This document shows positions 1 to 9,840 of a stretch of 34,270 nucleotides of DNA, one piece after another (positions within the stretch are counted from its first letter, which is position 1; each line of letters starts with the position of its first letter). This DNA is from an uncultured Clostridium sp. (lineage in GTDB: Bacteria > Bacillota > Clostridia > TANB77 > CAG-508). Under the pieces are notes generated by a model, which saw nothing but the letters and a program-made list of their open reading frames with translations, was not told the origin of the DNA and ran no database searches. Position numbers and translations under genes: made by a program. Location: positions 1 to 34,270 of the forward strand of contig CAMCHB010000001.1 of NCBI GenBank assembly GCA_945874585.1, in the 5' to 3' direction.

Positions 1-1
1 A

Positions 2-421
2 TTAGATAATAACAAATATTCATATTGTTATGAAGAAGAGGATGAAGATGAAGAACAAGAAAGAAAATTATTTGGTAAAAATAAAAAAGTAGTCAATATG
101 CCACAAACACAACAAGTAAAAATGGTTGTGTTCCAAGTAACTTCATTTGATCAAGCTGAAACAATTTGTAATTTATTAAAAGAAAAACAATCTGTTATTG
201 TAAGCTTCGAATATGTCAACAAAGATGTAGCAAGAAGAGTTGTTGATTTTATCAGTGGAGCTGCACATGCACTAGATGGTCATATTCAAAAAGTTTCTAA
301 TGCAATCTTTATATTAGCACCATACAATTATGAAATTGCAAATGAACTTGCAAGAGAAGAAATTAAAAACAAATTATCTGTATCATGGTTAAAGAATAAT
401 GGTAATAATAATGGATTTTAA
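2..421 (+). CDS. sepF: Cell division protein SepF, 5' end truncated by the window edge
   Basis: The frame of track ORF 98..421 stays open back to nt 2 with no stop, reading an acidic linker (YEEEDEDEEQERKLFGKNKK), so the gene starts upstream of the window. The C-terminal core KMVVFQVTSFDQAETICNLLKEKQSVIVSFEYVNKDVARRVVDFISGAAHALDGHIQKVSNAIFILAP matches the conserved SepF domain pattern (RxxDFxxG...AldG...kv...iFl..P). Confidence 0.85.
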   Translation, partial: LDNNKYSYCYEEEDEDEEQERKLFGKNKKVVNMPQTQQVKMVVFQVTSFDQAETICNLLKEKQSVIVSFEYVNKDVARRVVDFISGAAHALDGHIQKVSNAIFILAPYNYEIANELAREEIKNKLSVSWLKNNGNNNGF

Positions 422-440
422 AATATAGGGGGTTCAAGAA

Positions 441-891
441 ATGCTTACACCACTAGACTTAGAAAACAAACGCTTTTCAAAGCAAATGATGAATGGTTAT
501 AGTTGCCGGTGAGGTGGATGATTTCCTAGATGAATTGACTTTGGATTACGAAAAATTATACAAAGAAAATGGAGAATTAAAAAATAAACTAGAAGATTCT
601 TTGACTAGTTTGGAAAAGTATAAATCAATAGAATCTACTTTACAAAGTACATTATTGATGGCACAATCTACAGCAGAAGACATTAAAAAAGTGGCTAGGC
701 AAGAAGCTGAGCAAATATTAAAAAATGCCAATGCAGAAGCAAAAGAATCATTGAACAATATTTCACAAGAGAAAGCATTAAAGGAAAAAGAAATCGATGA
801 TTTAAAGAAACAATTTGATGTTTACAAAGCAAAAATGGAATCACTTTTAATATCACAATTAGAATTATTGAAAGATTCAAAGGATGAATAA
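441..891 (+). pseudogene. DivIVA-domain protein, reading frame interrupted by an apparent 1-nt insertion near nt 501 (pseudogene or sequence error)
   Basis: SD AGGGGG (426-431) precedes ATG 441, which encodes MLTPLDLENKRFSKQMMNGY, the canonical DivIVA N-terminal lipid-binding motif. That frame stops at 510-512. The rest of the domain (VAGEVDDFLDELTLDYEKLYKENGELKNKL..., coiled coil) continues in the +1 frame as track ORF 493..891, which has no SD of its own. Skipping nt 501 gives GY-VAGEV-DDFL, the same spacing as B. subtilis DivIVA GY-DEDEV-NEFL. Confidence 0.75.
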
Positions 892-897
892 AAAAGG

Positions 898-937
898 AGA
901 GCTAATGGAAAATAAAAACCATCAGCTCTTTTCGTTT
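898..937 (+). terminator. Rho-independent terminator after the DivIVA-like gene
   Basis: AGAGCTAATGG (898-908) pairs with CCATCAGCTCT (919-929) with one mismatch and a 10-nt A-rich loop, followed by TTTTCGTTTG. Confidence 0.5.
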
Positions 938-989
938 GTGGGATATATTACAGGCTTGTTAAATGTGTGTTACAATTCTATGATTACTA

Positions 990-1017
990 TTGACTTATCC
1001 TGTAAATCGAATAAAAT
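990..1017 (+). promoter_or_regulatory. Candidate sigma-A promoter for rsmD
   Basis: TTGACT (990-995), 16-nt spacer, TAAAAT (1012-1017), about 25 nt upstream of the rsmD start. Confidence 0.4.
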
Positions 1018-1041
1018 AGATATGTATTTGGAGTATGAAAT

Positions 1042-1611
1042 ATGAGGATAATTAGCGGAAGTGCAAGAGGAACAAAATTATATACCCTAGAAGGCATGGC
1101 TACACGACCAACCTTAGATCGTGTAAAAGAGGCCCTTTTTAGCATTTTACAGAATCAGATGCGAGATGCGGATGTATTAGATTTATTTGCTGGAAGTGGT
1201 GCTTTGGGACTAGAAGCACTAAGCAGGGGAGCTAAGAAAGCATGGCTTTGTGACGCATCCGCTAAAGCAATTGCTATTATTGAAAAAAACAGTATAAAAA
1301 CACATGCAATGGATAGGGTTTGTATCGTGAAAAAAGATTTTCAAAAATGCTTAGAGCAATTTCACGATCAGAAATTACAATTTGACATAATCTTTTTAGA
1401 TCCACCTTATGATACAGACTATATTTATGAAGCTGTTAAACAGATTATGCAATATGGCCTTTTGAAGAAAAATGGCAGTATTATTGCAGAAACAGACCAA
1501 GAAGAACGTGTTTTACAACAATTACAATCCACTCATATTTTGATAAAAGATGTACGAAAATTTGGAAGAGTAAAGCTATTATTTTTAGAAATTGAGGATA
1601 GAGTTCCATAG
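1042..1611 (+). CDS. rsmD: 16S rRNA (guanine966-N2)-methyltransferase RsmD
   Basis: N-terminus MRIISGSARGTKL...TRPTLDRVKEALFSIL, SAM-binding motif DLFAGSGALGLEALSRGA and catalytic LDPPY. Size (189 aa) is typical of RsmD. Confidence 0.9.
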   Translation: MRIISGSARGTKLYTLEGMATRPTLDRVKEALFSILQNQMRDADVLDLFAGSGALGLEALSRGAKKAWLCDASAKAIAIIEKNSIKTHAMDRVCIVKKDFQKCLEQFHDQKLQFDIIFLDPPYDTDYIYEAVKQIMQYGLLKKNGSIIAETDQEERVLQQLQSTHILIKDVRKFGRVKLLFLEIEDRVP

Positions 1612-1624
1612 AAAGGGGCAAAAA

Positions 1625-2173
1625 ATGGAAATTTTTACATTGCTTGAAACTTTAGAAGATATAGTAGAACGAAGTAAAAGCATCCCATTTACCAATAAGG
1701 GAATTGTTGAAAAAGATGAATTATTAGATATTATAAAGGAAATTCGATTGAAATTACCAGATGATTTGAAACAGGCAAAATGGGTAAGAGAAGAACGCGA
1801 AAGAATATTACAAGAAGCCCACAAAGAAGCTGATGATATTGTAAAAGAAGCAGAAAATCGAATAATAGCCATGATTGATGAACATGAAATTACGAAAAAA
1901 GCGTACGAACAAAAGGCTCAAATTATAGAAACAGCAAATGAAATGTCAAGAGAAATTACCAAAGGAACAAAAATGTATGCTGATAAAATATTAGAAAATG
2001 TAGAAAGTGTTTTACAAAATTCTTTAACAACTATGAAAGATACTATAGATCAAAACATGAAAAATATGCAAGAAAGCATTGGTGGAACATTGGGAGAAGT
2101 ACAAAATAATTTTGAAAAAACAGTAGAAAATGTTGTGAAAACAGTACAAGAAAACAGAAAAGAATTAAAATAA
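1625..2173 (+). CDS. Hypothetical coiled-coil protein (heptad-rich, resembles ATP synthase b / V-ATPase G-type stalk proteins); function unknown
   Basis: Track ORF 1592..2173. The preferred start is ATG 1625 (MEIFTLLETLEDI...), 6 nt after SD GAAAGGGG (1611-1618). The sequence is K/E-rich and helical throughout (KQAKWVREERERILQEAHKEADDIVKEAENRI...), with no catalytic motif. Confidence 0.7.
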   Translation: MEIFTLLETLEDIVERSKSIPFTNKGIVEKDELLDIIKEIRLKLPDDLKQAKWVREERERILQEAHKEADDIVKEAENRIIAMIDEHEITKKAYEQKAQIIETANEMSREITKGTKMYADKILENVESVLQNSLTTMKDTIDQNMKNMQESIGGTLGEVQNNFEKTVENVVKTVQENRKELK

Positions 2174-2178
2174 AAGAA

Positions 2179-2238
2179 GACCAAAACTGGAAGTCAAGAT
2201 ATGTTTTGATACTATTTCCTGTTTTGGTCATTTTGTTG
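2179..2238 (+). terminator. Long imperfect hairpin, possible terminator
   Basis: GACCAAAAC (2179-2187) pairs with GTTTTGGTC (2221-2229). Inner pairings GGAAGT/ATTTCC and TCAA/TTGA extend the stem, which is followed by ATTTTGTTG. The large interior makes it a weak call. Confidence 0.35.
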
Positions 2239-2290
2239 TATCTCAAACAGAAGATAATAGAACAAGGAATGAGTAAGGAGAAGAACAAAA

Positions 2291-4648
2291 ATGGCAAAAA
2301 GAAAAAAGAAAAAGAAGGGTGTAAGTGCCGAAGTAGTGGTTGCAGTATTGATTATTATTAGCTTACTATTAGGCGTTTTAATATTTTTAAAATCTGGTTA
2401 CATTGGTGAGCATTTAAGTCCAATGCTTGGCGGACTGATTGGCTTTATGAAATACATTATTCCATTTGCAACACTTGCTATGGCAATTGCAATTGCTTAT
2501 GAAAATGGAAAATATATGAGTAAGAAATTAACACAGTATGCAGGTTTTATCTTGTGTATTTGCGTGATTTTATGCATGATACAAATCTTTGCCGATCGTT
2601 TAGACGAAAACAGTGACTGGCAGACATTTGTCGAAAATGCCTATACACTGGGTACGACCAATCAAGGTGGTGGAGCAATCGGGGCTATGGTAGCATGGCC
2701 ATTGATACAACTGCTAGGTGAGATTGGAACCATCATATTGAATGCAGCTGTGGCTGTTGTCCTTTTAGCTTTTATGATGGGAATCAAACCAACCGAAATT
2801 GTGGTCAATATGAGCGAATCTTTTAAAGATCATGTACAGGCAAGAAGAGAAGACGATGAAGATGAGGAAGAAGAAATAGAAGAAGATACCAAGAAAAAGG
2901 AGACAACATCGAAAAAGAAGGGAAAACACAAAAAAGTACCAGAGAATTCCGAGGAAAATTTGGAAAATCAAATTACCATTCAAATGCCGGAATATGCAGA
3001 TGAAAAAACGACAAAAGGAAAATCTGCTAAAGCAAAAAAATTACAAAAAGAATCTCCGGAAGTAGCTGACAGCGGAGATGGACACTTATTCAAACAAGAA
3101 GTGGAACAAAAAGAAGAAAAAACCAAACAGGTCTTAACATTGGAACATGGTAAGACAACCGAAGACGAACATTATGAGTTTCCACCACTTGATTTATTGG
3201 AAAAAGGAAAAAGAACATCTTCTCAAAGAGATGATAAAAGATCTGTGGCAGAGACAGCCAACCGTTTGCAAAAAACATTGTATAGTTTTGGGGTTTCTGC
3301 AAAGGTAGAGAAAGTAAGTGTGGGACCAGCTATTACACGTTATGAATTGCGACCATCTGAAGGGGTTCGTGTTAGTAAAATTGCAAAACTAGCCGATGAT
3401 ATTGCTCTTAATTTAGCAGCCGAATCCATTCGTATTGAAGCACCTATTCCAGGTAAGCAAGCAGTTGGAATTGAGGTTCCGAATCGTGAAAATGAAATGG
3501 TACATTTACGAGATATTATCGATTCAAACGAATTCCGTGAAAGCAAATCTAAATTAACGATGGCATTGGGAAAAAATGTAGCAGGTGATATTGTGATCAC
3601 AGATATTGCTAAAATGCCACACGTTTTGATTGCAGGATCAACTGGTTCTGGAAAAAGTGTATGTATCAACACATTGATTACCAGTATTTTGTATAAAGCA
3701 AAACCAAGTGAAGTGAAATTGGTCATGATTGATCCAAAAGTAGTAGAGCTTTCTGTATACAACGGAATTCCTCATTTATTGATTCCGGTTGTAACCGATC
3801 CGAAAAAGGCGGCAGGTGCTTTGGCATGGGCGGTACAGGAAATGGTAAAACGTTATAGTTTATTTGCTCAAAAGGGTGTGCGTGATATCAAAGGTTATAA
3901 TGCAGAACTTGAAAAAGAAGAAGAAAGCGAGAAATTACCGCAAATTGTAATTATTATTGATGAGTTAGCCGATCTAATGATGGTGGCACCAAATGAAGTG
4001 GAAGATGCTATTTGCCGTTTGGCTCAGATGGCAAGAGCAGCAGGCATGCATTTGGTTATTGCAACCCAAAGACCATCTGTGGATGTTATCACAGGTATTA
4101 TCAAAGCCAATATACCTTCTCGTATTGCATTTGCTGTATCATCTGGTGTTGACTCACGAACGATTATTGATATGACAGGTGCTGAAAAATTATTGGGGAA
4201 AGGAGATATGCTATTTGCCCCAATTGGTATTGCAAAACCAGTTCGTGTGCAAGGTGCCTTTGTTTCTGATAAAGAGGTGGAAAGCATTGTACAATGCATT
4301 AAAAACCAAGACAATCAACCAGATTATCGAGAAGATATTATCCAAGAAATTGAAAACAATACGAAAAATGAAAAAGAGATCGAAGCCGATCCAGATGATG
4401 AAACCGATCCTCTTTTGATGGATGTTATTGAAACTGTTATGGGATTAGGACAGGCTTCTACTTCCTTTATTCAAAGAAGATTTAAAGTAGGTTATGCAAG
4501 AGCAGGAAGAATCATCGACCAGATGGAAAAAATGGGCATTATTTCCGGTTATGAAGGTAGCAAGCCAAGACAGGTTATTATGCCAAAGGAGAGATGGGAA
4601 GAGCTTAAAATGGCAAAAACACCAGCTCATACAGAAGAAAATTCATAA
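2291..4648 (+). CDS. ftsK: DNA translocase FtsK/SpoIIIE
   Basis: N-terminal transmembrane helices, a K/E/D-rich linker, Walker A GSTGSGKS, Walker [27 protein letters not shown], and a C-terminal gamma winged-helix ([26 protein letters not shown]). SD AAGGAGAAG lies upstream. Confidence 0.95.
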   Translation: MAKRKKKKKGVSAEVVVAVLIIISLLLGVLIFLKSGYIGEHLSPMLGGLIGFMKYIIPFATLAMAIAIAYENGKYMSKKLTQYAGFILCICVILCMIQIFADRLDENSDWQTFVENAYTLGTTNQGGGAIGAMVAWPLIQLLGEIGTIILNAAVAVVLLAFMMGIKPTEIVVNMSESFKDHVQARREDDEDEEEEIEEDTKKKETTSKKKGKHKKVPENSEENLENQITIQMPEYADEKTTKGKSAKAKKLQKESPEVADSGDGHLFKQEVEQKEEKTKQVLTLEHGKTTEDEHYEFPPLDLLEKGKRTSSQRDDKRSVAETANRLQKTLYSFGVSAKVEKVSVGPAITRYELRPSEGVRVSKIAKLADDIALNLAAESIRIEAPIPGKQAVGIEVPNRENEMVHLRDIIDSNEFRESKSKLTMALGKNVAGDIVITDIAKMPHVLIAGSTGSGKSVCINTLITSILYKAKPSEVKLVMIDPKVVELSVYNGIPHLLIPVVTDPKKAAGALAWAVQEMVKRYSLFAQKGVRDIKGYNAELEKEEESEKLPQIVIIIDELADLMMVAPNEVEDAICRLAQMARAAGMHLVIATQRPSVDVITGIIKANIPSRIAFAVSSGVDSRTIIDMTGAEKLLGKGDMLFAPIGIAKPVRVQGAFVSDKEVESIVQCIKNQDNQPDYREDIIQEIENNTKNEKEIEADPDDETDPLLMDVIETVMGLGQASTSFIQRRFKVGYARAGRIIDQMEKMGIISGYEGSKPRQVIMPKERWEELKMAKTPAHTEENS

Positions 4649-4665
4649 AGAAAGAAGGTGATGAC

Positions 4666-6237
4666 TTGAAACCGAAATTCTTTTCCAAAATGAATGCCAA
4701 AGATTACAATAATCAATTGGAAATGATTATTCAAGAAAAGAAAATATCGACAACAGGAAAGAACCTTTTATTGAGTATGTTATATAAAATTGAAGCAAAT
4801 TATTCAGATTATGCCGTGGTCAAACAAAATCATGTGACAAGAGATGAATGCTTACAAGAAATTTTAAAAATTATCCAGGAAAAATGCAATAAACTTTTGC
4901 TGGTAGAACCAAAATCGAAAAAAGGGATGGTTTTGGCCAAGTACAAAGTAAATTCAGTCGTTAATTCTGTCAAAGAAGAAATTATATCGTATCCAACAGA
5001 AAAAGCTATTTTGTATGCCTTATACGATTTAGCAGGTGAAAATTATTTCATTTCGGATACCTATTATTGGTACAAAACAGCTTTTCAAAAAATGTTACGC
5101 GTAGGTGGAGCAATTCAAGCAAAAGAAATTTTAAGAGATTTTAATGGCTGGTCATGGGATATTGATACACGCGATATTGAACATTATGCCTATAATTTGC
5201 TTTATCAAAATATACGCATTTTAGTGGGAGAACGTTTCTTTTATCAGTGGCGCAATGACCAACAACCGGTAACGGATTATATGGAACTCTTGAAAAAACT
5301 GCTACAAGAGAATATGGGCGAAAAATATGGGGTGGCATTTTATCATCAAATGCTAAAACTATGTTTATGGATTTATTTACTGGAAAATCCGGATGCCCGA
5401 AAAAAAATACCGGAAGAACGTGCCAAATTACAAGAAAAACAAGTTCTCATGGGACAAAAAACAAGATTTTTGGATCAAGTTACTGCCCAAAAATTAAAAT
5501 TTAATCGTGATATTGAAAAACTAGATAAATTACTACATGATTCAGAAAAAATGCAAAAACTACTGGAAAGTAAAAATGCCAAAAGAAAAAATCCAATTAC
5601 CATGAAAGAGTTACGCCTACAGATGAAGAAAAAGCGTCAAGATTTGTTAAAGGCATTGGAAGAATATACAGATTGGATGAATCCACAAAAATTTGAGGAC
5701 AATCGTCGCAATGTAGGAAAGCAATTGACAATTCTGAAGTCTATTCGTGAAGATACCATTCAAAAACAAGAAGTGGAAGAGCAACTTCTAGCACTTCAAA
5801 AGGAATTTTTAAATGGTTTCAAAATAAAAATTCAGAATGCAAAAGAAAAAGAAGAAATACTTGATTTGATGTATCAGATGCGATATTATAAAACCATTCC
5901 TTGGAATGCTAAAACCAAGATGGAACAACACAATGAATTGAGTCAAAAAATAGCAGAAGTAGAAGATTCATTATTGGTTAAAGCTTGCAATTTGAGGTAT
6001 TTGCGTATTCTTTCACGCAATGGTAATTACAATCTAGAGATGCTAAAAAGCATTCTAAGCAGTAAAGTAATTCAATTGGAAAATTTAGAAATTGAATTGA
6101 AAAAAGGCGATTATGCTATTCAAATAGAAATTTACGATGATAAAAATTTGGAAAACAATCTTGAGATTCAAACCAGCATCCCAGCTGATCGCATTGATAT
6201 GAAAGTGAATCGAAAAATGAAAGTATTTTTATTTTAA
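4666..6237 (+). CDS. Hypothetical protein, 523 aa, aromatic-rich N-terminal half and long K/E/Q coiled-coil central part; no recognisable family
   Basis: Long uninterrupted ORF. TTG start at 4666 lies 5 nt after SD AGAAGGTGATG; the first in-frame ATG (4690) has no SD. Codon usage resembles the neighbouring genes. I recognise no catalytic or binding motif. Confidence 0.65.
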   Translation: MKPKFFSKMNAKDYNNQLEMIIQEKKISTTGKNLLLSMLYKIEANYSDYAVVKQNHVTRDECLQEILKIIQEKCNKLLLVEPKSKKGMVLAKYKVNSVVNSVKEEIISYPTEKAILYALYDLAGENYFISDTYYWYKTAFQKMLRVGGAIQAKEILRDFNGWSWDIDTRDIEHYAYNLLYQNIRILVGERFFYQWRNDQQPVTDYMELLKKLLQENMGEKYGVAFYHQMLKLCLWIYLLENPDARKKIPEERAKLQEKQVLMGQKTRFLDQVTAQKLKFNRDIEKLDKLLHDSEKMQKLLESKNAKRKNPITMKELRLQMKKKRQDLLKALEEYTDWMNPQKFEDNRRNVGKQLTILKSIREDTIQKQEVEEQLLALQKEFLNGFKIKIQNAKEKEEILDLMYQMRYYKTIPWNAKTKMEQHNELSQKIAEVEDSLLVKACNLRYLRILSRNGNYNLEMLKSILSSKVIQLENLEIELKKGDYAIQIEIYDDKNLENNLEIQTSIPADRIDMKVNRKMKVFLF

Positions 6238-6282
6238 AAACAAAAATTAAAAGATAGAGCCATCGGCTCGAATGGAGGTTAT

Positions 6283-7935
6283 ATGAAAATAACGTTTTTG
6301 GGGGCAACCAAAGAGGTAACAGGTTCTAATTTCTTAGTCGAAGGTGCCGGAAAAAAATTTTTAGTGGATTGTGGTATGTTTCAAGGAAGCATACAAGAAG
6401 AAATGGAAAATGAAGAAGATTTTTTGTATGATGTGCATGATATAGATTTTGTCTTAGTGACACATGCTCATATTGATCATACCGGTCGTATTCCAAAATT
6501 ATATAAATGTGGTTATCGCAATCCTGTAATTGCGACAAAAGCTACCTGTGATTTGTGTACGATTATGTTACCAGATAGTGGACATATTCAAGAAACTGAA
6601 ATTGAGTGGAAAAACAGACGTCGTATTCGTGAAGGAAAAGATCCTTTACCACCTCTTTATACAGCTCAAGAGGCAACCGATTGCTTGGAATTGTTTAAGC
6701 CAGTTTATTACGATCAAATTGTTGATTTAGCGGATAATATCCAAGCACGTTTTAACGATGCTGGTCACATGCTAGGTTCTAGTATGATCGAAATCTGGAT
6801 TACCGAAGATGGAGAAACCAAAAAGTTGGTATTTTCCGGTGATATAGGAAACAATGATATGCCACTTTTGGCTGCGCCTACGATGATTGAAAGTGCGGAT
6901 TATCTAATTATGGAATCTACCTATGGAAATCGTTTGCATATGCGAAATTGTGATAAGGCACAAACCTTGCTAAAGGTTGTGTCAGAAACATTGGATCATG
7001 GTGGCAAAGTGATTGTACCTTCTTTTGCCGTTGGTAGAACACAGGAAATTCTTTACGAAATAAACCGTATGAAAGATCAATATGGCGAAAATGAAGAATT
7101 TCGTAAGCATTACAAAACCTTGATGGATGCAAAAGTGTTTGTGGATAGTCCACTGGCTATTTCGGCAACTGAAATCTTCAAAAAGAATATGGATTTATTT
7201 GATGAATCGGTACAAGAAGAAATCAAAAAAGGAGATAATCCATTTGACTTTCCAGATTTGAATTTTACAAAAACAGCAGAAGAATCTATGGCCTTAAATG
7301 GGTACGATGAGCCTTGTATTATTTTATCAGCAAGTGGTATGTGTGAAGTAGGTCGTATCAAACATCATTTGAAACATAATTTATGGGATCCAAAAAATAC
7401 CATCCTTTTTGTTGGTTATCAAGCACAAGGAACGTTAGGAAGAAGCATTGTAGATGGAGCCAAAAAGGTTAAAATTTTTGGCGAAGAAATTGCAGTTAAT
7501 GCACGTGTGGAATACATTGAAGGATTTTCAGGACATGCAGATCAAGAATGGTTATTGAATTTTATATATTCTTTTATCAATAAGCCAAAACATATTTTCT
7601 TGGTGCATGGTGAAAAAGAAAGTCAAATTGTATTAAAACAAAAATTGCTAGAAACAACACAAATCCCAGTTACAATACCAGATTTTGGAGATTGCTATGA
7701 ATTGAATGATCAATTAGAATTGGTAGCGCAAAAAGAAGTACCAGACAAATACAAATATCTACGTCTATCTATCATTGGTAGAATTGAAACCTTAAAAGAA
7801 GAATTGGACGACATGGAATCTATCGTAAAAGATACGATGCTAACAGAAGATGCCAGTGATGAGGATCTAGTCAAATTAAATGAAAAAGTAAAAGACTTAG
7901 AAAAAAAGATTGTTGATATCATTGATGAAAAATAA
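6283..7935 (+). CDS. MBL-fold metallo-hydrolase of the beta-CASP (RNA-metabolising, CPSF73/RNase J-related) type
   Basis: MKITFLGATKEVTGSNFLVE start, HxHxDH motif (THAHIDHTGR), DAGHMLGS, ESTYGNR, beta-CASP-type SFAVGRTQE and GFSGHADQ, and final LVHGE. There is an extra acidic coiled-coil C-terminal tail. It is not a canonical RNase J N-terminus. Confidence 0.85.
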   Translation: MKITFLGATKEVTGSNFLVEGAGKKFLVDCGMFQGSIQEEMENEEDFLYDVHDIDFVLVTHAHIDHTGRIPKLYKCGYRNPVIATKATCDLCTIMLPDSGHIQETEIEWKNRRRIREGKDPLPPLYTAQEATDCLELFKPVYYDQIVDLADNIQARFNDAGHMLGSSMIEIWITEDGETKKLVFSGDIGNNDMPLLAAPTMIESADYLIMESTYGNRLHMRNCDKAQTLLKVVSETLDHGGKVIVPSFAVGRTQEILYEINRMKDQYGENEEFRKHYKTLMDAKVFVDSPLAISATEIFKKNMDLFDESVQEEIKKGDNPFDFPDLNFTKTAEESMALNGYDEPCIILSASGMCEVGRIKHHLKHNLWDPKNTILFVGYQAQGTLGRSIVDGAKKVKIFGEEIAVNARVEYIEGFSGHADQEWLLNFIYSFINKPKHIFLVHGEKESQIVLKQKLLETTQIPVTIPDFGDCYELNDQLELVAQKEVPDKYKYLRLSIIGRIETLKEELDDMESIVKDTMLTEDASDEDLVKLNEKVKDLEKKIVDIIDEK

Positions 7936-7947
7936 AGGAGAATACAA

Positions 7948-9840
7948 ATGAAAGAAAAATATTTTAATGATGCTATTATTGGAAATAAAAGTATGGTAGC
8001 CAGTTTTTCCAAAACAGGTGAATTATTACGTCTTTATTATCCACAAATTGATTTTAAGCAATACATTGATTATTTGAATATCGGTGTAAAGGTAAATGAT
8101 TCCAATATCATTTACTTACATTCAGACATCAATAATATGTATACACAAGAATACGAAGAAAATACGAATATTTTGAATACCTATATATACAATAGTTATT
8201 TTAAATTGGATATTAAGCAAGTTGATTTTATTCCGATTAAGGAAAATGTGTTGATCAAAAAATACCAAGTAAAAAACAATCATGATATCGATTTACATGT
8301 CAATTTTTTGGTTCATTCTAAACTATTAACCAACCAAAACAATAAGGTGAGCGGATTATTCAAAGATGATGTGTTAATGCAATACACCCATGACACAACC
8401 GTTGGTATTTTATCCGATATACCAGTTTTGAGTTTCCAAATCAATAATAGTACACAAAATATTGATAGTGGTATCATTGGCGGAAAAGACTATATTGGTA
8501 TGTCTGATGATTCCAGTGTAAGTTATGATTTAGGAATCTTAAAACCAGGTGAATCCAAGACAATTCACATCGCCATTATGATTCATCCTAATGGTTCTGA
8601 AAATTTGATGGACCGTGTGCAACATTTGAAAAAAATGGATTGCAAGAGTCAATACGATCACACCAAAAAATATTGGAGAAAATATGTCAAAGATCATACA
8701 ACTATGCAAATCGATGGAGAGAAAAGCGACTATTTGCAACGTGTCGCTACTATCTACAACCGTTCTATTTTGTTATTCCCACTTTTGTATAATTATGAAA
8801 CTGGTGGTATCTCAGCAGGCGTAGAAGTAGATGAAAATTTCCAATTTTCAGGTCGTTATTCTTATTGTTGGCCACGTGATGGTGTTCAAATGACAGAAGC
8901 ATTTGATTTGTTAAATATGGAAAAAGAGAGCGATAAATTTTATAAGAATTTCTGCAAAAACACACAAAGCAAAAATGGCATGTGGGAGCAAAGATTCTAT
9001 ACGGATGGCCATTTGGCACCATGTTGGGGCTATCAAATTGATGAAACAGCAAGCATCGTGTATGGCGTTTATAAGCATTATTGCCATACCAAGGATAAGA
9101 AATTCTTAAAAGATACCTTTAAAATGTGTGAAAAAGCAACCAAATATTTGGGAAAATATTTTGAAAGTGCCTTACAAGGGGATACCCAAAAAACAACTTG
9201 TTATGATTTATGGGAAATGAACGAAGGGGTTCATGCATACTCTATGGCCAGCATTTATGCAGCTTTTCAAAGTATGATCCATATGTATCAATGGATGACA
9301 GAAGAAACCAAAGACAATCGTTTAAAAGTAGAACAAAATTTAAAAGAAATTGAAAAATTAGAAAAATATGTTTTGCAAATGCGTGAGTATATCATAGGAC
9401 ATTTTTATCGTGAGGACAAAAAAAGCTTTGTTCGCAGTCAAGATGACAAAATCGATATTAGTTTAATTGGGTTAACCCATCCTTTCCAAGTGCTAGGACC
9501 AAAGGAAAAGAAGATGACCAATACCATCGAGAAAATTCACTTGACTTTGCGTACTTATACAGGTGGTTATTTGCGATTTGAAGGTGATACCTATAAGGGA
9601 GGAAATCCATGGGTTATTTCAAATTTATGGATGGCCAATTATTATCTAGACTTAGGTGAGAAAAAACAAGCAGAGGAGTATTTTAAATTTGCTGTGGTAG
9701 CCTCTACGGAGCATGGATTTTTACCAGAACAAGTGAATAATCAAACCATGAAACCTGCTTGGGTGATTGGACTTGGATGGTCACATGCCTTGTTTATTAC
9801 CACCTTAAAAAGACTATATAGTGAAAACGGAGGTAAGTAA
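7948..9840 (+). CDS. Glycoside hydrolase family 15 protein (glucoamylase/glucodextranase-like)
   Basis: N-terminal beta-sandwich-like region followed by an (alpha/alpha)6-type region carrying GH15 signatures YCWPRDG and DLWEMNEG (general-acid Glu context), ending in WSHALF. Its stop overlaps the radA ATG (TAATG at 9838-9842). Confidence 0.8.
   Translation: MKEKYFNDAIIGNKSMVASFSKTGELLRLYYPQIDFKQYIDYLNIGVKVNDSNIIYLHSDINNMYTQEYEENTNILNTYIYNSYFKLDIKQVDFIPIKENVLIKKYQVKNNHDIDLHVNFLVHSKLLTNQNNKVSGLFKDDVLMQYTHDTTVGILSDIPVLSFQINNSTQNIDSGIIGGKDYIGMSDDSSVSYDLGILKPGESKTIHIAIMIHPNGSENLMDRVQHLKKMDCKSQYDHTKKYWRKYVKDHTTMQIDGEKSDYLQRVATIYNRSILLFPLLYNYETGGISAGVEVDENFQFSGRYSYCWPRDGVQMTEAFDLLNMEKESDKFYKNFCKNTQSKNGMWEQRFYTDGHLAPCWGYQIDETASIVYGVYKHYCHTKDKKFLKDTFKMCEKATKYLGKYFESALQGDTQKTTCYDLWEMNEGVHAYSMASIYAAFQSMIHMYQWMTEETKDNRLKVEQNLKEIEKLEKYVLQMREYIIGHFYREDKKSFVRSQDDKIDISLIGLTHPFQVLGPKEKKMTNTIEKIHLTLRTYTGGYLRFEGDTYKGGNPWVISNLWMANYYLDLGEKKQAEEYFKFAVVASTEHGFLPEQVNNQTMKPAWVIGLGWSHALFITTLKRLYSENGGK

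Noticed and set aside
905-1045. 46 aa ORF (MENKNHQLFSFVGYITGLLNVCYNSM...) in the divIVA-rsmD intergenic region, behind an AGGAGA
   Set aside because: The ATG lies only 4 nt from the SD-like sequence and inside the 5' arm of the terminator hairpin (898-929). The ORF then runs across the predicted rsmD promoter and overlaps the rsmD start. It is more economically explained as non-coding.
2840-3130. Purine-rich, GAA/AAG-repetitive stretch that might be taken for a tandem repeat
   Set aside because: It is in frame within ftsK and encodes the usual low-complexity D/E/K-rich linker between the membrane domain and the motor. There is no exact repeat unit.
2043-4630. Multiple 60-140 aa ORFs on the - strand and in alternative + frames within ftsK (for example 3340..3762 -, 4024..4314 -, 3993..4175 +)
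   Set aside because: All are nested in the well-supported FtsK reading frame. They lack SD sequences and have skewed, hydrophobic or low-complexity translations. The same reasoning applies to the antisense ORFs inside radA, disA, lepA, sufB/D/S, recD2 and comFC.
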